A stretch of 64,000 nucleotides of DNA. It comes from Octopus vulgaris (taxonomy: Eukaryota). Position 1 is the first letter of the stretch. Each line of letters starts with the position of its first letter. Position numbers and translations under genes: made by a program. The stretch spans positions 44,950,001-45,014,000 of the forward strand of contig OX597823.1 of NCBI GenBank assembly GCA_951406725.2, in the 5' to 3' direction. Under the pieces are notes generated by a model. It was not told the DNA's origin. It saw nothing but the letters and a program-made list of their open reading frames with translations, and did not search any database. Shown one piece after another: positions 13,676 through 27,593 of the stretch.

Positions 13676-15477
13676 TTATTAACCATGACTATAATAAGCA
13701 TCTTCCACATCTTCTGCTGTGCATGTATGTCTGCACATGCATGCATTTGTGTGTGTACGTGCATGCATCAGTGTGTAGATATGTATTCTTGTTCTCTGTA
13801 TTCTGAGACAAACGATGCCATGGTCTACTTTGCACTTTATTCTTTTGAATTGATAAAATAATAATATATCATACACCTTGGTCCATTCAACATATAATAC
13901 TCTTCTACAAAATTGTGATCTTTTACCAATGTTGGTAATCATTCTTATGAAATGCAGACATGCTAAGGATGAACTGCTCAATCACTTTTAATAAATTATA
14001 AATACCATTTACAACACCAAGAAGACAAAATACATGCTAGTTGTATTCATAGTGCTTTCTCAAAAGAAACAATTGCGGTTTCTGCTATGATATTTTTTCC
14101 ATCAAAACACATTTGTTATAAATGTTAGACAATGATTATTTTTACAACATGAACGCACTTACAGTGTACTTGTATGTGCATACTCACACATGCACACTCA
14201 TACATGTATGTGCATGTGCATATGCTTGAGCTAAAAAATGAAAGTCAAACTTAGTTTATGAATGCTTTTAATTTTTTATCTTTTTCTATTATAACTAGAA
14301 TCTTCATAATGATGGTGTCGCCTCAAAGAATCATTTCTTTGTATTCTTTAATCAAGATATTATTATTATTATTATTATCATCATCATCATCATTGTTGTT
14401 GTTGCAAATATCACTAAGTAAACCAAATATGTGATATAACTGATGAACCCCAGTTTGTAATGTAGCTTCAATTCCTGATTGGAACTATTTCACATGTCTG
14501 TTCATCATTAAAAACACCCTGAAGAAGGAAACATGTACACACCCTGTTTGAATGAAAGAATCTTGGGATTTTTTGTTACATGAGGAAACAGTACCACTAC
14601 TACTGTCACAATATTATGCTAGAATAGCAGTGACATTGCACTCAGTAGATCTCTATAGGTGTATAACCAAGTGGTTCAGTTGATAGGCTTCTGACTGTAA
14701 GGTCATGGGTTCAATTCCTGGATTTGGCAGCATATTGTGCCATTAAGCCAAGCGCTTAAATTTCTGGTTACTCAACTGTTAGCAAGAACCTGCCTTGTTC
14801 TGATTCAGCTTTCTTTGCATCCAGCTGTCACATGCCCAATGTTCTGCAAGGTCAAGGTTAAGAGGGGCATCTATGCTTGTGACAACATATAGCCCTATAA
14901 CAACTAGGGAAAAGCATTGTACAAGCTACCAGATCATTCACTAGTGATGGATGGTTAAGTAAGCTTTAGATTTCTATATCTCTTGGTATTTAAATATATC
15001 ATGCACTCACCTTCTGCCTCTCTCTCTTTCTCTCCATTACCATATATTTTCTACCAGTTATTATCTTATCTATATCTGTATAGCTCAAGCTGATTAGTTC
15101 TATATCTATCTATCTATTTTCATTATTTATATCACTATATTTTTCTATAACTATATATGTGTATATACATATACACATATATGCATACATACATGCACTG
15201 ATACACACACACAGGTACATACATGCACACACACATACACACGTCACAATTCTTTTTTGTTCATTGCATCCATTTTTTCCATGTTTCCATGAATGAGACA
15301 GTTTATTTGCTAGAGGATTCCTTATGCAACTGGATGCCCTTCTTGCTCACTCATTTGCTTACAAATACACATACCTACACACAGATGCATCCACATACAC
15401 ACACAAATGCATGCATGTGCAGACACACATGCACATCAGAAGATGTGGAAGATGCTTATTACAGTTGTGGTTAATAA
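13676..15477. repeat. ~100-bp inverted repeat pair 1.6 kb apart
   Basis: 13676-13778 is the reverse complement of 15374-15477. The ORF track shows the same peptide on opposite strands (THTNACMCRHTCTAEDVEDAYYS vs ...CTSEDVEDAYYS). Confidence 0.85.
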
Positions 15478-17164
15478 CTACTTATTCGGTGGATCATAAT
15501 CTCTCCATTTGCTTAGTGTTCACCAGTTATTGTTATGAACAGCTTTGGCCCAAAGTGATCACAATAGGCAGCTTCCACAGAGTTTGTGTGAATCTCTTTT
15601 TCTCCATATGTATGTATAATCTCTCTCTCTCTCTCTCTCTCTTTATATATATATATATATATATTTAACTATTACTTACACACACACACACACATACATA
15701 CACTTCTTTATGTATCGTCATTGTTTTATACCTCTATTTTGCCGTAAAGTTCAATCGATCAATTTGAGATTCTATAAATGCTCCAAGTCTGACTGATTCA
15801 CAATTCTTCAGCAGTGAAGAATTTCACAAAAGAATGGAGAAAGAAATCTCATTGATTCTTTGAAAAGATATTGAGAGCCAAAGGGAGATGCTATTTTTTT
15901 ACTCCACAAACTTGTTGAAATATCACTCCAGAGAATGATAATGATATTTGAGGTAAGTAATGTGCATGTATTCACTCATACATACATTCTAAGTTAACTG
16001 ATAATGAACAGATTATATGTATAGTATGCATATATTGCATAATATATATATAGTTCAAAATGATACAAAAAACAAAAGACAAAGAAAGGTGGGGGAACAA
16101 CAAATGGTGACATTTTGAGCCTACCACTCTTCTACATAAAGCAATGGAAAGAGAAAACAGATGGAGAGAGGAAAGAAATGGGGAGAAAAAAAAACATGTC
16201 TGGATTAACAATTGCACATGTTGGACATCATCATCATCATTTAATGTTTTCTATGCTGGCATGGGTTGGACAATCTGACAGGACCTGATAAGGCCAGGAG
16301 TTGCAGCAGACTGTTTGTTTTGGCATGGTTTCTACAACTGGATGCTCTTCCTGATGCTAACCAAGTAACTAGCAAGGCAAAAAGCTCCTCAGCTGGGAGT
16401 AGTCATGGGGCAGGATATAGAAAAAAGAATTTTAAATGAATGAACAATGTTTCCATTGATATATGTATGTATATCCATCAATACACCCACACACAGAAAC
16501 ATACATATACACACTTTATATATATATATATGAGATGTAAAAAAACTGCAATATTGCCTGTAGAATTTGAATGCTGCATCTGCTGTAAAGCTATATAAAC
16601 GTGCTAACTACCAAAGCACTGAGCAAAAGTAACAGCACAACTGTTCTCATGATGTTGGTTTCTGACATCATCGTCCACTCCTATTTTTTCTCTTGTATGC
16701 CAAAGACCAGAAAAAGATTTTAAGACATGTTCATGCCTGTAACATATTTCTGCTAGTGTTTCAATAAATAGAAAAACATGTAGTTTGGTGTCTGTCTATG
16801 TTTATGTTAATGGTGAATATTTTTTTTATATATATTGATGTCGCACCAGTCATTAGGTAAGACTTTGGTTGCTTGGTAACCACAGTTATGAGCAGTAGTC
16901 TAACTTGCTCAAACAAGGGATTTCCAGCATTAACATCACTATCACTTAAATGTTCCCAGTACCAGCTACTGTGCAGGTTGTTAGTGATTTGAGAATATTT
17001 TAATATAGAAACATGCATCTATAGGTAAAGCTAAGCCAAGTTCTGAGTTCAGAATTATTTCCCCTCATAGGCAAGGTAGAACATATCTTTGGGTATCGCC
17101 TTTTCATAATGAAGAGCACAGAATTTTGAGGGTACAGTAAAACATGTTACTATCTTTTGCCTGG

Positions 17165-17935
17165 CACCAGATAAAATGCTTAGTGAAATTTTATCCGTTT
17201 TTATTTTTTGAGTTTAAATTTCACTGAGATCGACTTAGCCTTTCATTCTTTCAGGGTCAATGAAATAAGTACCAGTTGAAAACTGAGGTTGAGGCTTTGT
17301 GCTAGAAAGTATTATTATTATCATTACTAAAATGTTGAGGTGCAGAATCGTTAGCACACTAAACAAAATACTGTTACGTTTTTACAATCAGAGTTCCAAG
17401 TCTACCAAGGTTGATTTTGCCTTTCATCCTTTCAGGGTTGATAAAATAAGTACCAGCTGAGTATTGGGATCTATGTAATAGACTTCCTCCACCCCTCAAA
17501 TTTACAGGTGGTGTGACAAAATAAGGATTATTGGTGAGCTGGCAGAATTATTAGTAGGCAGGGTAACATGCTTAGTGGCATTTCATCTGTCTTTACATTC
17601 TTAATTCAAATTCCACTGAGGTCGGCTTAACCTTTCACCCTTTCAGATAGATAAAATAAGTACCAGTTGAGCACTGAGGTTGATGCAATTGACTTACACC
17701 CTCCTTTAAAATTGCTGGTCTTGTGCCAAAATTATTATTATTATTATCATTATTATTACTATTATTTCTAAGGTAGTGAGCTAGCACCAAAGTTCACTTT
17801 GCCTTTCATCCTTTCGGGGATGATGAATTAAGTACCAGTGAAACACTGGGGGGGGGGGGGGGTCGATGTAATAAACTAGTCCCCTCCCCCAAAATTTCAG
17901 GCTTTGTGCCTTTAGAAGAAAGGATTATTATTATT
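17165..17935 (+). mobile_element. Tandem cluster of about four SINE family S3 copies (Nin/Deu-domain-like core)
   Basis: Repeated gcctttcatcctttcNgggtNgataaaataagtaccag cores at about 17238, 17420, 17630 and 17800, separated by (TTA)n. Confidence 0.85.
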
Positions 17936-19030
17936 ATCAAAAAACTGTCAAGTTATGCTTTAAAGTTCATCAATCTTTTAGAAAGTCATAATTCAGCTTT
18001 TGATCAACTTTGAGAGCTCAATTTAAAAGTAACTGTCAAAAACTTAACATTTTAGAAAGATGATAACAATTTGAAAAGAGCTGATCTGGGAATACTAGGG
18101 CCTAATATTTAATGTTGCTTTCTTTCTTTGTATTTTTTCTTTATATAGATTAACAATAATAGAAATTTAAAATTTTGTTTCATATGATGTTTTTATATTC
18201 TGTTTTTGTTAATTCATTGATACACTGTTTGCATTTTTTCCTTGGTAGATTATATAAAGTAGAATTAGGTTCTATGTGCCAGCTCATAGATAAAATGTTT
18301 AGACACGTTGAAACACATATAAAACATGACTATTATAAACTTTTAAGACAAAAGAGGAGATGGCAAAATTTGCGAATCGTAGGAACTAAAAAAACAAACT
18401 CTGTAATTGTATTACTGGAAATAATATCAACGTCACTTGAATGCGCACTCCAGGGAATCTGGTTTGAAGCTTAACAGAACTGACAGATCAAGATATGACA
18501 TGCATATGATTCTTGTATGAAGAGCAATTTTTGACAACATTCAAAAATCTGCAGAATGCTATAAGAATACCTAATTCAACTGACTTGAAATGATACAGGA
18601 AAGTGTGCAAAATGAATGATAAAAGTATTCACTATGCATATATAAGCCTTATTTTTGGCAGATTCTGCATGTATGTTAATAAATCCCACAACAAGATTTA
18701 GATAAAGTATGACAATGGAACAGAACATTGCAGTAATTAAGAGGTTAGAGTCATAGCAAAAAAAAGAAAAGAACAAAAACTACTCCAATTTTAGCTAATT
18801 CACCATCAGATTTGTATATTAAAAAAAGATTAAACTATGAAGCCTGTAGATAGGTAGGTATGAAATTTTCTAAAATACAAAAGGCCACTACCTGAACAAA
18901 TTTAGAAATCATAAATGAATTTTATTTAAAAAGAAAGATGATATTTACTTTAAAATAACTTAAGTGCTATCTTTTTAGACATCAAGTTAAACCTAAATCA
19001 CCACTAAGCAGTATCCTTAAAAAGTATATT

Positions 19031-19300
19031 CATCCTCATCATCATCATTGTCGTTTAACGTCCGCTTTCCATACTGGCATGGGTTGGCCGTTTTGACTGA
19101 GGACTAGCGAGCCAGAAGGCTGCACCAAGCTCCAATCTGATCTGCAAGGTTTCTACAGCTGGATGCCCTTCCTAATGCCAACCACTCTGAGAGTGTAGTG
19201 GGTGCTTTTATGTGCCACTGGCACGAGGGCCAGTCAGGCGGTTCTGCAACAACTACGCTCAAAATGTGTTTTTTTACGTGCTACCTGCACAGGAGCAAGT
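19031..19300 (-). mobile_element. SINE family S4, relatively young copy
   Basis: catcattgtcgtttaacgtccgctttccatactggcatgggttgg...ggatgcccttcctaatgccaaccac; CpGs retained. Confidence 0.8.
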
Positions 19301-20668
19301 CTGAATGTTGTTGGGATGGAGCTAGGAAGAGATAAAAAATACTGTGATGAGGTACAAAGTGAAAATGAAATAGTCACAAGAACAAGTCCCACAGAATGAA
19401 AAAATATTTTTAATAAAAATCATTTGGCTCAACCCATCATTTGTGCCAAAAATTGTATGGCATTATAATCTTTTAGAAGGGGCTGAAGATTGTACCATAC
19501 CTTAATATCAGCTTTGGCAAAGTTTCTATGACTAGATGCCCTTTCCTAATGTCAACCACTTTATAGTCTATACTGATGTTCTTTTCTTTTTTGTGATGCC
19601 AAACACCAGTGATGTCACCATGCAGCTAACAAAACAAAGATAAATGACTGACTGAGGCTACAGTAGAAAGATTTCATACTTCTATGTTAGAAGATATGTT
19701 GAAGTATGAAAAAATAGGGCCAAAACAGATTTATTGCTATACAGGAGCTACATGGCTACACACAGTATAGAAGAGTGAGTAAGAGTAACCAGGGTGGAGT
19801 TGAAGAGATAAAATAGCATTTATGAAGTGTGAGAGGACCTTCATGGTAAATGAAAGTGAATAGAAATGGAGAGAGAACAAAAGGAGATTTCAAGATCATA
19901 TGAAGGGAGTAAGTAGGAGAGAAAATATTATGAAGAACATGGATTGATGGATGGTTGATGATAGATATGCATAAGGGGGAAGTTGAGAAGAGTAGGTGAT
20001 GTCTAGAAATTCAGTAGGGTTGATGGGTGAATGTAGTGAATGGTGGATAAGGGTAGAAAGGTGATTGATGAAACAAGAGGAAGGGAGAGTAGGTGATGAC
20101 TGACAGTGCGGAAAGGGGTGAACAGCAGTAGAATTGTAGTTAGAATACAGTAGACAAGAGATGGATGAGAGCAAGGGAGATGTGTGGGTGGAAAAGAGAA
20201 GAAGATAAACTACATGGGAAGAGTGAAAGATGTAAACTGATGGAGAGATCATTTGGTAGCACATGAAGAAAGGTTAATGTAAAAAGTAAGTTGAGAGGGA
20301 CAATATTTAAAATAAAGAATGGATGTCAAGTGAAGTGGTTCTGGGTGGTGAGAAATATGGCCAGTTTTGTCAATCAATCAATCAACTAGGTTTGTCATAG
20401 ATTTTTCGACATTATTCATGACAGACAGACTTTAAGCAGGGAAGGCATTTCATTGATGAAGTTGCAGATGATGACAAAAGAACTGTGATAAACTTAGCTG
20501 ATCGATTGACCAAATGATTAATCAAAGAATCAATTAGTTAATTGGTAAAATGGTTAACTAGTTGACTACTACTAATAATAAAAGAAGTGAAATAGAACCA
20601 GTGCATGTGTTTGTTATTGGCATAATGATCCTCCTGAGATACAATAAAATAATGACTGTAAATATTAC

Positions 20669-20835
20669 TTTATTTGGATCTTTTCGGGATTGAAAATATC
20701 CAATGACTATCCCCGTTTTGCAGTCCTGTTTTACTCTTATCTCACTATCAATACCAAGTCTGTGAGTCACCCAACCAGAAATGACAGAGTGGGAATCGTT
20801 TGATAAAGCATTGGAACTGAGACCATGTGTTGAAA
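20669..20835 (-). CDS. Candidate internal coding exon of an unidentified gene
   Basis: Acceptor ttgtttcag and donor AAA|gtaata; open frame (V)STHGLSSNALSNDSHSVISGWVTHRLGIDSEIRVKQDCKTGIVIGYFQSRKDPNK; non-repetitive and CpG-retaining. No homology confirmed. Confidence 0.3.
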
Positions 20836-21136
20836 CTGAAACAATTACATCATGGAAGAATGATTTTAACCATTTCAAAGCAAACAAAAACCTTTTGTTT
20901 ATTTCTTAACAATGTAGACTATTATGAAGTATCATATGAAATTGTAATCTGGTTGCAGAAGTGTGACAAAACTTTTTGATACTTCATAATAGACCATGCC
21001 ATTAAGAAAGACACAAGGAATGACTATAATAGTTTTTGTGCATTGTTAAATGGCTAAACTGCATCTTGCGTAATGCAATCGAGTCAGATATTAATTTGCT
21101 TGGAAACAATACTGTCATATCAAATTTAATCTGAAT

Positions 21137-21137
<1 letters not shown>

Positions 21138-21191
<54 letters not shown>

Positions 21192-21205
21192 GTGTGTGTG
21201 TGTGT
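21138..21205. repeat. (GT)n microsatellite
   Basis: Direct reading. Confidence 0.95.
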
Positions 21206-21479
21206 ATGCATGCATGAGTTGCATTTGGGAGATAGAGTTTTCCTGATCTAGATATTGGTTGGATTTGGCTGCTGGTAGATATCTGGTATCCTATCGATCT
21301 AGCTAATGTTTTTGAATGGAATGATGTGCTGTGACAGTGGTATTTCTTCTGCTTCCTTCTGTTTTAACAGAGTCAGTAGGTTGCTGGTGAGAAAATGTAG
21401 AAGCAGAAGGGTATGGAAGAGTCAGTGAAGAGTTTACAGATATATCATCTACACTACTTATCTCAGTTTCTTTCCTCCA

Positions 21480-21516
<37 letters not shown>

Positions 21517-23678
21517 AAGAAAGAGAGAGGAAGAAAGAGAATGGGAGACAGAGAAGAGTAAGCAGAGAGCTACAAAAAGGAAGAAATTGGAATACTCCCT
21601 CTCACATAACCTCTCCACTGCCTAGAGACTTTCCTTTAACTTTCCTCTTGTTAACTTTCACCACCGCCGCCACTGCTGCCGCCACCATCAAAGTGCTTTT
21701 GCAATGTTCTGCTTGAAGATCATTTGAAAAAGAAGAATTACTGAAACATAAAATCTCTGGTGGTAGTGGTGGTGGAGGCAATGATGGAGTAGTAATGAAG
21801 ATAAATGGAAACCACTCAAACCATTTTCCAGTTGTTGTTACCACCAGCACTGTGCAGTCAAGTGCATCTTACAAGATGCCTGTCGAAACACTGATATGGA
21901 TGTAACATGCTGGTACAAGTTGAACACCAAACTTCCTGTTGATGCTGCTGATGATAGTAAATGTCTGACTGCCTCTACCAGTCTGCCTCTGCCCATGTGT
22001 TTAGCTCCCACAGTGTGTGTGTGTGTGTGTGTGTGTGCACATTTCTGCACACCTGCATGTATGTGTATGTGTATCAATCCATCTCAGCCTGCTTACCTAT
22101 CCTATGTATGTATACCTGTTTCTTTCTATATGCTTCTGTGTGCATGTGCGTGTTTGTGTGTGTGTGTGTGTGTGCATGCATGTGCACAGCATATGTGCAG
22201 CTGTGTATGTGAACATGTGTTTGCATGTTTCTGCTTATCTACCTGTTTATTCAAGCATGTGAGTATGTATACATGTCTGCCCTGTCTGTATGTTTGTGAA
22301 CAAATATGTGCATATCTGCCTATTTCAGGAGCTTACATTGATCAGGAACTATGTAATATGCTTAATCAATACACAAAAATTTAATATACAGATTTGATAT
22401 TTATTGATCTGAAACTACATGGATGACAAGTCTGTGCTTTATTCTAAAATCTCTCAGCCCTCTCCTCAGTCATCCAAGCAACACAGGGTTTAATTTTGCT
22501 AACATATCAAACTATTAAGTTCAAATCTCACTACAACTAAGATACATAACTTTTGCTTGCTCCAGTTTACTTCAATGACAAAAAGCAAGTTCAACACCTA
22601 CAACAGTATGTCCAACAGAAAAATCCCCTCATCCAGACAAGCATAGAAAATGGATTTAAAACTGCGAGGAGCAAAGTATACTTAACAGTGAGCATGTACA
22701 GTCATGTTTGTATATTTATAAATTCACTACTAACACCATTTCTCTTAGCATATGTTTAAGCTAAAGTGTCTGTGAGTGTGTTCTACGAAGTTGTCTGGAG
22801 TCATTAGTTGACAGACATGTATTTTTCTATGGCTTCTGTCACTTAAAGACTGTTCTATTTTGTCAAATTGTCAAGCCATCTAGCATTAGATGTTTATGTA
22901 TTGACAATCATATTGTCTTAAGACCCCGTTCAAATGTTACCGTTAACAACGAATGTTTCAGTCATGGATAAAGTGCATAAAATAACTACAAGTTTTAGTT
23001 TATCAGATTATAATGAAAGGCTAGCTATAAATGTGCAATTCTTCAAATTTTTAACAAAAATTTGTTTAAAAATATAAATAAATATATATGCTTTTAAGCG
23101 TGTACAGATTTATAGACACATCACCACCATTAGTTTACTCTCCATAGAGCAGAAATGTATAAATTTCTACTTCTAAAGCTTCATTAATCATGATCTATGT
23201 ATAAACTTCCAATATTTCCTGTCTCAATTATATATGATGCTAAGAACTGATGAAGAAGAACTAGCATAAACCACTTATACCAAGTGTCTGGATTTAATTT
23301 CTAAGTGACTTTCAAAATATTTCTTACTTTTTCTTCCTGTACAGCCTAATTCAATATGCTCATATTTTTTTTATGAATCCTAATTTCTAATTCCTGTTTT
23401 ATATAAATGACATAAAAAGATTCTTTTTTTTAAATACACATTTCACACTTAAATCTGGAGAAATTTTTTTAAAGAAAATCTCAAGAAAATTTTCAGATGC
23501 AGACATGTTTGTGTGGTTAAGGAGCTTGCTTCTCAACCATGTGGTTTTGGGTTCAGTGCCATTGTATGGTACCTTGAGCAAACATTTTTTACTGTAGTTC
23601 AGCCAAAAAATGTCTTGAGAGCGAATTTGGCAGATGGAAACTCAATGGTTGGCGTGTATGTATGTATGTATGTATGTA

Positions 23679-23719
<41 letters not shown>

Positions 23720-25510
23720 AAGGGATGTGAGAGAGAGTGAGAGAGAATATTCACTTTTGACACTTTACTTGCAAAAGAACTGAGCTACAAATGATGAAAT
23801 TTGTTGTCATTTCTGTCAAAACCTCTGCTAACTTTTGAAAATGTACTAAATAAAAAAAAAAACCTTTAAAAATCATGTAAGGGTTAGTGACAGGAAGGCC
23901 ACATTGTATAACAATAACTAAATAATTTATATTTGTCTAATTCATACCAGCATGGAAAAATGGAAGTAAGATGAACGTCTTGGATTGTGAAAACGAAAGT
24001 TTGATAACATACATAAGAATAAATATAATTTGGGATTCTGTCCCTTGTCACAGATTAATGCTATAAGTACCACCAATAAACAATACACACAGACAGATGC
24101 ATTATGTGACACCTTGGGTATCTTCTACTATAGCCCAGGGCTGACCAAAGCCTTATGAGCTGATTTGTTAGAGGAAACTGAAAAAAATTTGTTGTGTGTG
24201 TGTGTATTTTGTATCTCCTAGTCTTGATATCACATGATAGTTATAAATGAGTGTCACTATCACACAAGCAGTATATACGTGTATATATACATATATCTAC
24301 ACATGTCTATATGAGAGGGAATCCTTGTCAAGACAAATATTTGTGGTTATAAATCTGAACCCTGAAACAGCAACTGTATTCATTCCACTACTCACATATT
24401 GATTATCTCCACTGAATATTTGAATGCAAATGCAGCTACAACAAACTGCAATCAGTGAATGAAAATAATTGGGAATACTAAGAACTTTTTACCTCGTAAT
24501 TCAGTCAGAAGCTCAAATCAGAACCTATTCTTAATTATTTAAACAGAACAAGATGACAATCAAGATTGAAGGTTGGTCACCCTTATGACAAGTTAATACT
24601 AGTTTTGTAATAGAGTGGCAGTGCTTGTACCCCAGAGCACAACCTCAACCTCTACCATCATCACCACAATGGTGGTGATGATGGTAGAGGTTGTGGTCTG
24701 GGGTGCATGCAATGACAAATTTTGCAGGCTATTGTAGACAGGATCAAAGGTTGTGTTACTAATCGTAGACAAACTTGTGGATTGTAGAAATTGCAATGAT
24801 GATAGTGGAGGTAGTGATGTCTGAAAATTGTTGATGATGAATGTGGTGGTGGGGAGGGGGAGTGAAAATAAAAAAATGTTAACCCTTAGTTGCAGATGAT
24901 TTATGACCTGGTAGCTAGTTCTTGTTTTCGTGTGTTGTTTTAGATGGCCTCTGTACTTGCAAAACACTCTCTCACTGATAGTAATTATGTTTATTACAGT
25001 AAATAATGAAAATACCAAATTGATAGTGTTACAGCCAGATCTAACATTCTAAATGACAGCTGGAATGCATACCCACCTCCCCACCATCGTGCTAAAACCA
25101 AAAAAATAATGAATTATTTTGATTGGTCATTTTTAGTACAACAGAACAAATAATATCACATGCTACAATATACTGTTGGGTTTTAATTGTACTAGTATAA
25201 TGAAATAATAAACACAAAACTAATACTAAAAGACTGAAAAGTACCTACAATTGGACAGAACTGAGGAAATTACATGAGCAGCAGTCGTCTATTATCACAA
25301 AAGCATGAGGAACATTCCAAAACAGTAATTCCAGGAACAAGGATTTGGAATTCAAACTCCAGACAGTGGAGTTACAGAAATCTGCCAACTGTAATTCCAT
25401 AAAAATATTTTACAAAGTACTTCAGAGTTAATAGAGATATTCTTAAATCTTAAGACATGACTCAGCTGATGAGGTGTAGCTGAAAATTTGTTAAACCAGT
25501 AAGAATAATT

Positions 25511-25915
25511 CTTTTATACTTTTATTTGTTTCAGTCACCTGACTGCAGCCATGCTGGAGCACTGCCTTTAGTCGAACAAATCACCCCCAGGACTTATTCT
25601 TTGTAAGCCTAGTACTTATTCTATTAGTCTCTTTCATCAAACCGCTAAGTTACAGAGACATAAACACACCAACATCGACTGTCAAGCAATGGTAGAGGTC
25701 AAACACAGATACAAACACAAAAATATATACATATACACATATATATATATGATGGGCTTCTTTCCGTTTCTGTCAACCAAATCCACTCACAAGGCTTTGG
25801 TCGGCATGAGGATATAGTAGAAAGCACTTGCCTAAGGTGCCATGCAATGGGACTGAACCTGGGACCATGTGGTTGGTAAGCAACTTACTTATCACACAGC
25901 CACTCCTGTGTCTAT
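25511..25915 (-). mobile_element. SINE family S2, near full length
   Basis: Tail tttgtttcagtca...gccatgctggagcactgcc, internal TA tract, head gggactgaacctgggaccatgtggttggtaagc...cacacagcca. Confidence 0.9.
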
Positions 25916-26264
25916 GGTAATTTTTTTTTTTTTGACTAGAGAATATCAATGCTGTTTAGCTGTATGATTAAAGATTTCCAAGTTGTGGCTATCCTGTTAA
26001 TTTTCCAGGACCACAGTAGCTAACACGTACCCTTGTTGACAACACCAATTTTCCTTAAATCAGTGCATCATATTGAATAAATTTCAGTCTATTATTTCTA
26101 TGTATTGTATCAACCACAAAAAATTAAGTCAAGTAGGATTTGAAATGAGACCACCATACTGTTCAGCATCACATCTGGTCCACTATTTTAAATAATAACA
26201 CCACTGGAAATATTAACTTGCATGATGATGTTATTCCAGAAAGCATAAATTAAGATATCTTTAA

Positions 26265-26329
<65 letters not shown>

Positions 26330-27302
26330 TTAAGGAGTATTATGTATTTGGTTTACTAAATCTTAACCTATCGATCATGACTGGATATCAAAAGCATTAA
26401 AGCATTGGTTGATGTATTGTAATAAAGCCATATGTGCTGGTACAATGTAAGAGAAATAGACAAAATAGACTAGGGGATAAAAGGACATTACAAGATTCCT
26501 GTTGTGCAAAGACCAAATAGGCTTGCAAACAAGTAAGGGATCAATATTGCAGAGTTATGCTGACCTGCTGATCCATTCAATACATAACATCATGGAATAA
26601 CTGGCATTGATATTATGAAAGTAATAACGACACAATGTTCGTTTAAAAGGATAAAAATAAGAATTAATTATCACACAATGTTACAAACAAAAGGAAAATA
26701 ATATTTCCCCATGAAGTACAAAATATTAACATATTTTTATGATGATGATAGAAGACAATATAATAATCATTTCTATTACCCCAGTGAGAATTGAACAAAA
26801 AATGTAAAAGAATAATACATAAGACAATTCATGCAGCCCACTACCAATTGTGTCACATAATTATAATAAGTATAACAAAGTCAAATTGTTTAAAAGAAGA
26901 AGGCAGAAATAATTTTATTAACTAATAAAGCAATTTTTAAATGTGAGAATTAAAGATGGAAATAAAATTTACAAAAGAGACAAAAAAATCCAGAATGAGA
27001 GAAAAAGTAATTCCACCACCCAACATAGTTAATTAATTGAACATTTTAAGGCTCCAAGACAGATGAGAGAATGTCAGATACACACAAAACAATAGGGACA
27101 CAACACACTGATCCAGTCTTGTTAGAGAAAAGCCTAAATGTGTGAGTATATACATTAATGAATATATGTAGGCATATATGTAAATATGAACACTAACATG
27201 TATATATGAAAGGATGTATTTGTCTGTGTGTGTATGAATGAGTGTGTAGCATGGAAAACAGTTATATATATAGCTGTTTTCCCATGTTAGTATGAGCTGG
27301 AC

Positions 27303-27593
27303 CAGTGGTTCCCAAACTTTTTCAGGTTGCTGCCCCCTTGACACCCAGGCCATATTCCTTGCGCCCCCACCCCAACTAACCATCACAAACATAGACCTCT
27401 TTCTGAAGCAAATTCAAAGCAATTGTATCTCACAAATAAAACTTAACCCAACCCAATGAACCCATTATTTTGTTGTTTTTACATGAATCGCCACCCTATT
27501 ATTGCCCCAATTTTTACATAAACCGCTACCCCATTATCGCTCCACTTTTCTTCAACACCCTTAGAATTTTCCACCATACTCAAGGAATCACTG
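27303..27593. mobile_element. hAT (Charlie/MER5-type) MITE
   Basis: Termini cagtggttccc ... ggaatcactg; 8-bp flanks agctggac and ggctggac (7/8 match). Confidence 0.75.

Noticed and set aside
14440-14595. CTGATGA, CTGAAGA and GAAA with catgta/tacatg pairing
   Set aside because: Stems I and III cannot be formed convincingly.
17165-17935. Repeat-spacer appearance suggestive of CRISPR
   Set aside because: Units are diverged SINE copies in eukaryotic DNA; no cas genes.
21896-22384. 162-aa Cys-rich ORF
   Set aside because: Cys/Val content comes from TG/TGCA microsatellite decay.
25467-25497. CTGATGA-ggtgtagct-GAAA hammerhead-like core
   Set aside because: No stem I pairing and no palindromic stem III.
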